Assembly: GCF_964204645.1 (NCBI RefSeq)
Contig: NC_134028.1
Span: 7,192,001-7,256,000, forward strand
From: Tubulanus polymorphus
Lineage: Eukaryota > Animalia > Nemertea
Length of the DNA: 64,000 nucleotides
Reading direction: 5' to 3'
Positions 50,101 through 62,100 of this stretch are shown one piece after another. The notes under the pieces were generated by a model. The model was given only the letters and a program-made list of their open reading frames with translations, did not search any database and was not told the origin of the DNA. Each line of letters begins with the position of its first letter. Position 1 is the stretch's first letter. The position numbers were made by a program, and so were the translations under genes.

Positions 50101-53100
50101 CTACAAAGTATGTCGTTTCATTCCCTTCTCCGACTATCAACGATGGATTAGGCAAATCTATTTTATCCTTTGAGTTTTTCTTGCCAGGCGTGATAGGTTC
50201 TAAAGCGCAAACAAAGTATCTCAGTAAGTTGAGTCAGATAGCAATAATTCGAACATTCGATACTTACTCTTCGATAGCTGTCCGGAAAACCTCTTTTCTA
50301 GACTCATACTCATTGATGCAGTTGTCATAACGCTCGGGTCCTCGCCAGGAACTTTTCGTTGCATCACAATCATGACCATGCACGATTTAGTTAATGTGTT
50401 CAAATCCAGTATATACTGTTTAGCCTGAAATGATCATGACAACATAAACATGTCTATTCGAAAGACGTATCATGCAAAACCAAATGAGTGATATTGATAA
50501 TCAAATATGTTAAGTCACTTATCTGGAAATCTCATATTGTCTTCAAACCCCTAGTAAAATATTGGCCATACCTAAATGTATATCATACATTTTCTGGTAA
50601 CCAAATTCGTATAGCATTTTAGCCTTTTAGGGCTAGTATGTGTACATGGATAGCCAAAAAGCATGGCTTATTCTCTTTGCGGAAATTACATGCATTTTTT
50701 ATGTGTGGGACTTATATGATAAACCGTCGTAAGAAATGAATCAATTAGTGACCGACTTGCAAAGGTAATCGGCGGCGTTTAACAGGGTTAAAGAATACTT
50801 ACGACTCAACCATTAAAACTAAATGCGCTGTTAAAAGTTATTCAATATTTCATACCGTATCTACAACATCAGTCAGTTTTGTTATTTCTTTCTGTATTTC
50901 AGCCGGAGATAAAGTTTTCGTAGGAGGAGTATTTCGTTGTTTATTATTCGGATTCAACATCGATTCATACATGGTAATTTCTTTTTGCGCATTTTTGCTG
51001 ACCTCTCCAGCACCAATAGCCGCATTTCCTATAGATAATAAAACTAGTTTACTTACCCTAAAAAATGAATCTACGAAATCTTTGGTCAGAGAAAAGAAAA
51101 ATGGCCATTAAGAGCTTGCATTTGATCGCGGACCAGCGCTCCAAGAGCTACTTCCACATCCCCACGTTAAATTTGAATGAAACATTTTTCGTCGTATTAG
51201 AAATAATGATCATTTATTTCGTATAGGGTCTGGTCGCTCAGAGCCAGTTGTAAACGGTTCTGTTAGAATATTACATTTGGAGTTGAATACAATCGGAAAG
51301 GAATCATATCTAAATTAGTGTATAGTCTTAGAAATCACCTACCGACAACTGCCAGTAAAAACCTGCTAACGCTCTCAATGTCTTCGGCAGAACTTTCAAC
51401 TTGACCCGCGCGTTGAATTGACAGATGACAGTAATCCGTCAGTATTGCGTAAAGCAATTCCTAGTTTACATGAAAAACAAAGATTGAAAACCTATGAATT
51501 CTAAAACACTGGTTCCATCATGTAAGCGGTTTTCTGTAGACCTTATTAAGTGACGTGACATAATGGGTATTATAGGGGTTTACTTAATTTGGTCTTACTT
51601 TCAACCATAATTCGTCAAACTTGATGATACTTTCTATTTAGTTACAACTTACAATCGTTCTTATTGATAACTCGTCATGACGCGCGGTCACTACACCTAA
51701 CGCCGAAGCTAGCTGATTCAAAACGCCGATGGTCGGGGGTGTTATCGATGTATATTCGCCCACAACTAATTCACGATACTGAAATTAAATCATATACAAA
51801 ATGTGCATCATCGGGGTAAGACTGATGCCAAATTTCTGGTATTCATGAAGTTGTCGGTCGAAAACATTTTCAAATCCTTTTCTCGAATCTCGATCAACTG
51901 GAGTTGTTAGCATCAGTCCCAACCTTGCTGAGTAATGCGGCATTGCTCTCTAGTAATGTCGGGTCGAATGTTAACCCGAGAAACAAGTCTACTTGTAGGA
52001 CAGGATATGGCTACCGTTGATAAAATCGGTTGTTTTATCAATGAATTACCTTTTCTCTAACTTTTTGTCTGTCAATAAGGGATTGATTCCTCGGTGGTAT
52101 GTTCGCTGCTTCAAACGTTTGATTCAACGAGTTCAAATCTGTTTTTGAAAACAAAAAGAATGAATTACAAATAACTCTCAAATTCCTTACTATCGAACTG
52201 AATTGCATAGTTCCAGACAATCGAATATAAACGATATTAAATGCTGATAAAGATAATAGAAAGAAACCGAATCGTTCAAATCCCCGAGAAAACTACAGAA
52301 ATCTTCATATCCAACCTTGTCAATGTCGTGTTACAATTTGCGGACACCGTACACCTAAGTACCCATTTATTCAGACAAAGGTATGGATGGGATCCTTTTA
52401 AACTTTAAGAGGCTTTATGCTCGGAGTCATCTGTCCGATCACTCCAAACGTTATGTGCTACGTGTAGAGAATGCTTACAATCGTTGAACTGTGCATCATC
52501 CCTGGCCGCTTCGTTATTCAGATAGCCGCCGTATAAACCAATAAACTGAGCGAATCCTGCTAGATTAGCTGCCGCTAACTGATCCCGAATCGTCGCTTCA
52601 ACCACTGACCACTTGGACAGACTATTGGCAATGGTTTGAGGCGTAGGTGGCAGCACCTGTAAAATTATTACCCGCTTTATATTCCTGAACTTACGGAAGA
52701 GTGGCTTTTAGATTTTTAAAGGAATGTTAAAGTTGAATGTATCGAAATTGCTACAAAGCTGACCATTCTCATGCAACTATGCACTGTTGTCATATTGTGA
52801 CGACACAAGCTGCAACCTACCAAACTATGTCGTAAAGCTATTCTAAATGTATATTATATATAGAATACCTTAAAATCTAATATATCCAAAAAATACTTTT
52901 AGGGTTGTTTTTTTCTGTGATTTTGAATGTAATGAATCGCCAATGAAAACATGATGACGTCGCGAAGAAGATTTTTATTTTCATCAATACATAGTCACTT
53001 TTTATTTCATGAAAAGCCCGACGTACTTTGACTGAGAGGAACATATCAGTTAGAGCACCCAGTCGATCTAAACAACGCAATGTCACATTCAAGAGATAGT

Positions 53101-56100
53101 TATTCGACGCTAAACCTGTCGGTAACATTGAGGGTTTCTCCATCGTCGCGTTGTTACCTGAAATTGAATTGAAAATCATAGCAAAACTGCAGTATGAAAT
53201 TGCAATCTGAAAATAGTATGCCAAAGTATGCCATCTACAAAGCAATTCCAGCATAATTGTTGTGGTTGTAAAAATATTAGATTTTCAATTGTTCTTCAAA
53301 AGACAAATCTGTTTTTTGAAATCACAGCGACGAGGTAGCCAACATTTGGCGCTTACATTGCTTAAATAGTTACAGCCATCAGCTCACGTAACTTTCTATA
53401 TCTCAGGTTTTAAATATCTCACCATGGTAAATCCATATGGGGTCATCTGTAGGTTTTACCCTGTAAGCGATCTTGTACTGAAGTGGACCATCCGGATCGC
53501 TACAATCCTTACTACAGAATACATTGAACTCTGTAGCGATTGCCGTTCCTTCCACCGGCTCTACACCGCAAATCCCTTCCTTCGGAGTATCGTTAATCTC
53601 AAACGGCTGACTGGCTTTTCCTATGAATGCAAAAAATCCTTGGGTCCGTTTTGTAGTTATATCTGGGGTAAACTAAGTTATTAGTTAATACATTCATCCT
53701 CAGGTCTAAAGAAGAAAACAACCTATTATTAAACCATTCAAACATGAATCCGCAGACTAGTTTCGCACACGCAGATACGAAAGGGCACTTCTAAGACGAT
53801 TAAAGAGAAAGATGAACAAAGTTATTCCTCTGGAAACCATTTCGCTGTTTGTTTGCATTTTTCGCCCCCACCCCTCGGCATAGTTATAAGCCAGGGACTG
53901 GCCTAAAAACAAAAACCATTTGGAAAACGTCGTCGCTAAAGATTTATCCAGTAAAGCTGAATACGTCAGACAAACACGATCATTTCATACCTTTGATTTT
54001 CGGGTTTGCTGTCCTCCACGAATGCACCAGTAGCGAGTATCTCGTATTTGGATTGGGTATCAAATTATTGAAATAACCGTCTACGGACGGGTATATAGAA
54101 ATGTAATCATGCGTAACACCGGTAGGCACTGATTTCGCCCAGTCCTCTAGCGCAATTGTATTGAAACTGATTGTGTGCCGATCCATTTTAATTTCTCTCA
54201 GCGTCCAACTAAAATACGATTTTTTTCATATCAATGTATATCCAGTTTGTCACTTCGAAATATTTCGAGAATATCGAGCAATTTGATCGATCATCATTCA
54301 CGATCGGAGAGGTGGGCGGCTACTTACTCGAAACCGAAATCGCGAAGCCCGGGGAAATTTGTGATTGTAGTCCCTATCGAAAACCGGCTGCTGGGATTCA
54401 TTTTGTTTTGACAGTTCGTAACACATCTAAAACAAAAAAATATTTACCAAAAATTCACATGGATGTTATGCAAAATAGTTACCAAAAATGTACCAAAAAG
54501 GATACATGCCTCATATATCATTGGCCGTACGTATTTTTGAAATTTTTAGAATTTAGTTGCTTGCGCTTGAGGATACGTCGCAGAAGGCAGATGTACTTTG
54601 AAAACTATACTGAAACCTCTAAATGAGAGGCTGTGCCAAATGGGTGGCTGTATTTCTGCTATAAAGATAACACTTACATCATTTTGATGTCAGGTGGGTC
54701 GCCGTTAACAACTGATACTAACTGCTCAACTACAGCTTTTCTTACGTCTTTCCAAAACGGGTCATATTTCAGTATTCTGAGTTTTAACACGATGTTGAAA
54801 GCTTCATTCCAGTTAGCGGTATCAACCACGAAGCTGGCCGTATCGATGCGTTTACCTTTTGCGTCGTACATTAAACCTGTAAAAAGGGCATTCTAGCTGT
54901 TCGAACAAATGAAAATAATCGATTCCGTGGGCGTGCCCAGGATTTTTCAAGGAAAAGGAGGGTGGTCGAAAGGGAAAAATCCACTAGATTTTCAAATTAT
55001 TAAGATTATCATTGATGCCTTTAAAAGCTCAAAGGCTTTAAGACATTTCTCTTCAAGAGGTACGTTATGCAACACTTTTCGCCAAGGAGTGCCTGTGAAC
55101 ATTGTAATCAGTGAAATTGGTGCTGGCTAAAGAACAATACACATTCATACATGCATATTTCATTCCCTACCTGGATATTGTATTTCATCCGCGTATTTGA
55201 CACAGCCGACGGTAGTGAGTGCTCTACTGGACTGGCTGGCGCTGGCCGCATCTAATAACGGAGTCAATTCCGATGGATTACACAGCTTCCCTTCACTGAT
55301 CACGTTCAAATACTGGTCATAATTGGCGAAAGATTCGCAGTACTTTTTGCAATACCATTCGAATTGTAACTTCGACATGTCTCTATCTGGATCGTCGGGA
55401 TCGTAGGTGAGTTCACCGGCGGCCACTGTCACGTTAGCGAACCATTTCATAGTCGCCTCGTAACCACCTTTTATGCTGACGACTAACGGCGTTCTTATTA
55501 CGAAAATCTCGCCGGATACAACCGTAAAAATACCCTGCTCTTCGTGCATGGATACGTTCAGTTTCAGCCGATAGTTGCCGTACGAGAAAAACCGAGGCGC
55601 GAAGTATATCATCCGTAAACTAGAAGACGACAATACAGTACCGTTCAACTCGTCTTCGGCCATCTCGACGAACTCGCCGTTTTCTTGTTTGAAAATCGTC
55701 CAGGTGTAATTGGCGATTTTCGACGAAGTGCAATTCAGAATCGGCACGGAATTCACGACGAGACTTTCCGATCGTAGCACGCCGAAAGAGCCGGGGTATC
55801 TTCGGTAGTTCGTACAGTCGGGATATTTCGTGTTCGCATCTGGTTGCGCGCACATGTCCGGAATTTGAAGAGTGACATTCGGGGGATAACACGGCCCGCG
55901 AGTAACTATCAACTGGATCGGTAAAGTTCGATGACTTACGACGTTCACCGCGTCCAATACAACCATATAAAATGCGGCCGTCATCATTTTCATTTTCGGC
56001 AACTGTATGCCATTGCTATATCGGCTACGTCCATTTGCAGTGAAGAATTTCTTGCATTTAGGCGCTAGAGCGGCTATTTTTGAACCGTGTTCGCCCCTCT

Positions 56101-59100
56101 GACAGGATACGGCGTCGCCGTACATGTACTCCCGACACGGCGTAGCGTCGATATCTTTGAAATCTATATAATAGCAAGCTTCTTTGGCATTATTTCCTAG
56201 TTTCAATTTAACGGTCATAGTCGTATTTCTGATAACGACCGGCTCCATGATAAGATTTATATCGCCCACCGGGTATCTCAGTTCTATGGTTTGCGCCTGT
56301 GCTGTAGCAGCGTTCAATACGTTTGAGGCCGATAGCTCGACCGTGATCGTCTGCGGAGTGTTAAATACTTGTTCGCTCGATGTTAGATTGTTGTAGATGA
56401 CGGCGTTGGTTTTTGCGCCGAATTTCCACGTTAGATTCATGTGCGAGCCCCAGTCGCGCGTTGCAATGCCATAGATTCCATAACTAGTCGGGTAGGCGTT
56501 TTGTTTACCGTTTAACATCCAACCACCGCGCATTTTTTCCAATCCAGGATTATAGGGATCGAGATACACGATCTTAAAGCCTAAGTTCACAATTTTTGCA
56601 TATATGTTGGCCGTGATATTCAAAGATTTCTGTGAGACAGCGTTGGTGAGGTTTGCCCGAACTTGGAACGGATTGCCGTTTTTATAAACGTGCGGTATTT
56701 CTATCAAAACGCATCCACCGGCTATTGTACAAACTGACGAGCTTAAGCTCCTTCTTTTCCTTCGACCGAGCGCCCCGTTTTGGCCGATCAAATCAGTTAC
56801 ATTTTCGCCGTCGCCGAAATCAATCGCGCACGTTAAATTAGTCGGGAAGGGTTTATTTTCTGCCAGTTTTACTTGAAATTTCGCATTGTAGGTGGCGCCT
56901 TGGGGTATTTCCTGGATCGGGGCGTTAGTCGCTGTAATGAAATGTAACCCCACGTGACGGACTGGTATTTGAATAATCATCGGGATATTGTTCGTCGTTG
57001 ATAGCATACTGACGCTGTTAAAGGCCGTTACGTTGACGAGAAACAAGCCATCCGTTTGAAAAGCGTGTTGCACCACAATCAGTTTGCCGACTTGGGCGTC
57101 GACCGTTTCGTTCAATCCGTCTTGAAATTCGAAAATCAACTTTACCCGCGATCCTCCGATAACCGTAGCTCCGAACGTTAGGTTTTTGCCGATTTGCGAG
57201 AGATTAACGTCGAAGTAGGCGGACTTGACGTCGTCTATCTTTATATCCGCTTCGACTCGATGGGTGTAGTTCAGGAAACTAACCAGGTTGGAAATATTCA
57301 CGTGTACCAGGTAAGTTCCTGGTTCGCTGATGGTGAAGTTGATTCGACGATCCTCGAGGGTGAAAGGTCCGTTGTCCGTTAGATTATAGTCGTCCACCCA
57401 AATTGCGTACATAGGATCCGTTGGGAACGGGATCCCGGCAGAAGCAATGAAGTTTGTTCCTACCATTCCTAAAATGATGGATGGGCGGAAACGTCAGATT
57501 TGCCAGCGCTGTAAAGTTTCGTAAGATAGGTACAAATTGAAGAATAGGGAAACATTCTATAGTTATTTTGCACGAAAGTATTTTTCACGCCCCCCCCCCA
57601 ATCAAATATTTTGTCGAATTTATATTGTATTATTTTATTTCGATCGTAATTTCATAAAAATACAAATCGAATCAAATATTAATCTTTTTGCTATTCAACG
57701 TTTTGTTTTCTTGAAATAGGGATTGACCCTGTTATTTATTTATTTGATTGATTTTCTTTTTAATTTGATGTCCTTACAAACCCACCACACCTGCCGGGAG
57801 CGGAACACAGCGGTTTTGATTTTGAAATCGGAAATCGAAATATTTACCTTTCAGTGGTATCAGTAAGTCGGTTGCTTTATCAATTTGCAAAACGAGCGGC
57901 GAATTCGACGAGAAATTGATCGCTCTCACCGGATGTTGGACGAGAATTGTAAATTCCCTGACCACGCTTCCGAGCGGATTTTTCAGCGTGGCTTTGATCG
58001 TAAAGTTGCCCGAGTTAGAAAACCGGTGCGACGTAGATACGGTCGTATTATCGCAAGATTCGAACCAATCGTTTACCGACGTCGTCCCGTCTCCGAACTC
58101 GTATTGTACAGTTACCCGGGTGGCTGTTACCGGCGTCAGGGTTACATTCACATCTTCGGTCGTCGGAGCGAACGGGCGGTCCGCCGAAAGGACCTCCGTA
58201 TCGCCCGCAAAAGGCACGTCGACTTCAACAATCGAAACGGCAGTTGAAACGCTTATATCGTTATAGACGGTCAAATTAAGTGTGTAGTTGTGGACGTTTG
58301 TCAGGCCTGGAATAACGATTTTTCCTTGGATGGTCGGCGTTGTTTGCAACAACGAGACATCGGCTATTGAAACGCCGTCGATAGTGGCGTTGAATTTTAA
58401 TTCCGTCCCCGTATTCGTCGTGAAAGTCAGATTCCTCGTCTTATCAACAGCCACGTTTACTGGCGATTCCATAGTCAGTTTTCCGACGGGTGCCTGTACA
58501 TGTATGGTTAAGTTTGCTACTTGCCAGCTGACCATGTTAGTAGCGTTTACCACTACTGTTCGGCTGCCTGGTGTGATGTACGTATAAACCAGCGTCCCGC
58601 TCAGTCCTATGATAAATTGAGACATAGCATATTGTACTCCGGTAGCCCAGAGCACTTTGGGTAGATTTTCGAATGGAATTGATTGAAGGGTGTCCTTGAA
58701 AAATTGTTTCAATATGTTTTTACCCCTTGTTTGGCAGACTCCTGGGATAAAATGCAGGGGTCATAAAATGCCAGACTCAGATTTCTAGACATGGATTTTT
58801 AAAATCTCATTTGCCAGGGTTTCAGACCTTGGTAACCATATCGTCAACGTTAGTGCTCTTGTCGGGCTCCCGGACTATTGATACAGAAATGATTTGCTAA
58901 GTTCGAGATCCGAGATGTAATTCGCAAGCTCGAACAAAATGGAATTGTCATCATTATGGTTTTATATAATTCAGTAAATATCTACTAACCGCTGTGACTC
59001 TGTTGCGGTTCTTTAGTTCCAGGTTTGATCCCAACTGTTTTACCAGCTTCCATTGTCATTACGCTTTCAACATCAGTACCTATATTTATGCCGAACACAG

Positions 59101-62100
59101 ATTGACTTATTCCACGATCGTTTTCCCTTAATGATTTCCAGATTTTTTTTCGAAATTATTCACAAAAGAAATACTACGTTGATAGTACGTACCTTGGGAA
59201 ATGTACCAGGCTACCTCAACGGAGTCGCCCAATTTGATGAATTCCTTACTTGCATTCACCGTTAACTGCATAACCTCGTCTTGAATTATGATTTGTTTCT
59301 GAAAATGTATAGATCACGTGACGACGCTAATTGAGGCAGGCATTAGGCAGGTATTAGGCAGTATATTGACGCATATGTGACGAACCACGTACGCGGTCAT
59401 AATGTCTTGTCAGGATATGTAAGATTACAGAATGACTTTTATGGAAATATAAAAACTAGATTTGTAATGGTAGGCTGTACACAAATGGTATCAATCTTTG
59501 TTGTTTCCACTGATTTCTGACAACAGCGACAAGATATTTTTGGTTGAGGGACCTATTTTTACCGTTCGATTTCTGAGAGTAGCGTCAAGATATTTTTGGT
59601 GGGAATTGTTACACTTACCGAAACATCATCAGAGCTGACATCGTTCACGGCATTCAAAGACACGTTGTAAGTGCCCGATTTTGAGTAAGAATGAGTTGTT
59701 CGATTCTCAGTTGTTTCACCAGTTGCTGAACCGTTTGTGGAGAATTTCCAAACATATTTCACGTCACTGCCGTAATGAGGTGGTATTGAGAATGTCACTG
59801 TTTCGTTCGTTTTCGCTGGAATGAAATAAAAGATAATTAAAAACTTGATGATCGATGAAAAATCGACGATAGTTTGTAACTCAGCACGATTATGAGGCTG
59901 TAGCATTATCATTTTAATATTTATCGTCCGAATTGAAACCTACCCGCGGCAGGTGAGTCAATCGTCACGTTTCTAATCGGCACGAGAACCTTGACAGTCA
60001 TCGTTGAATTTTCACCGCCTAACACCGAAGCGGTCACGTTGAACATGCTCGCCGTTGTTTGCGAGTAGGTGTGAGTGAATCGGACTTCGAGAGCGCGAAG
60101 AAAATGCGCTCGAACCATCAACTGCGCATTGAGTGGCACGTACGGATTATCCGCCTGACCACTGCGCGAGGCGACGTACAACGAAGTTACTGGTAACCTC
60201 CCCAGCTTCAAACTCGGGCTTTGGACGACGATGACATCGCCCGGCTCGACGGTAGTGTTACCACTTCGTATCTTAAACGTCTGTCTACCGGTATTCGTTA
60301 TCGCCTCCGTACTAGAAACGACTGTCTCAAACGTTTTCATTACTTTATCGAAATTCTTGAAATAACCTTGAATCTTCACTTTCCCGGCACTGTCGATACA
60401 AGCTTTCTTTCGGAAACTGTACACCAATGGCGCTTGACATTTCAAAGCCCAGACGGATTCGGTTTTCGAGCATTGCGATAAATCAGGGTCGATGCAACTG
60501 TACGATCGAAAACAAAACACCTTCGGTAGTTGACAGGTGGGCCGTAATATCTAAGAGATACCATACATGGGGAGTTAAACATTTGAAATGTCAGCGCCAT
60601 AAGAAAATAACCTCGTCAGGATTGCGTCACTGAATAACAGTTATTTTTTCAAATCAAGTTAAATTTGTTAACCCTAAGTAGCCAAGTAGTTAAAACGAAA
60701 CACTCGTCTTTATTAGGGATTTCGGCGACCTCTTTTCTAAATTAATTTCGGAACAAATTTTAAGTTTGATTGGAAATGACATCAAAATAACAGTTGTTCC
60801 ATGGGATCCTTGATTTCGGTTTTCCACGATGACGGATTGCCCGGCATTGATAGAACAACGATTCGAAATCTAACCTTGAATTGGAAATCCCCGGGTCCTC
60901 TAACGTCGATCTCATATTGTCCTATGGTGCCGTGGTATCTAATGATATCGTTGAACAGGTAATGATCATCGGTGATAGCTCCTGCCGTGCAATTGCTTTC
61001 CGGACATTCGGTCGTTCCCACTGAGAACACGGTCGACTCTGCAATTTAGAATTAATCAGAAGTGGAAAGAACATAGAAAAATAGCTTAAGTTCAGCGGTG
61101 ACTTGGGGTTGCTTATGCACTAGCCGCCACGGTACATGCTCAATAAGAACAGGTAAATAAGTTACTTAGACCTTAGATTTTATGCAGTACAATCATCACC
61201 TATCATAGTGGCAACAGTCGTCTTAAAATCTACTACTTTCTTCAACTAATCGTACGTACTACGTTCAACACAATTTCGATTTGTTCTGGGATTTGCAATA
61301 ACGTATAAAGGCGAAATTGAGTGTGTATTGAGCATGTTCAACTTTGATGATATACTTGGCGATGCGTTTTCTCCAATGACTCACTAGTACATGGCTGAAC
61401 TTTTAATACTATGTTCTATAATATTATGTCCTTAATTGATAATGTCATCACTGGGGAAGCCCTGCAGCGTCCAATATTGATTTCCCAGTGATGTCATTAT
61501 CAAGAAACAAGGTCAAGCATCCTATGAGTAGAATGGAAACATTCATTGTGAGCACATCCTATCTCACTCCTTCCAAACGGCTTGGAACTTCCCAACCCCT
61601 ATATTTACCTCCTAAAGAGAAAATATCTGTGTATCCAGTGGTTACAATTTGTTCAACGAAGAGCTAACAGAAAGTTATCTCAGATCCATTCCATAAGGAT
61701 CGACACAGTTGACCCCAAAATCAGAAGAGAATCTGACGTTTCGAAACTCGCTCATAAAATTGAGTCGAAACGTCAGATTCTCTTCTAGCTTTTTCATCTA
61801 TTCAACTGTTGTAACATTCAATACCTTGATTGTAGAATTTTAGTACTGTGCCGTCACGTAGATCAACTTCGAGATTTCTAGCTTTGACGCCTTGTCCGAG
61901 AAGCACGATACATTCGAATTTCTGCGACTCGTTCACCGAAGTCGGGCATTGCAGATGCGGTTTAAACAACATCTCTTCAACCTGATAACGGAATATAGCT
62001 GTTAAATCCAGTTGACAACAATGTACATATTGCAATAAAAAGACTTCTTTGCATCTTTCTGATTCCATGCGTCTAATAATCAAAATAAAGGCCTATTGAA

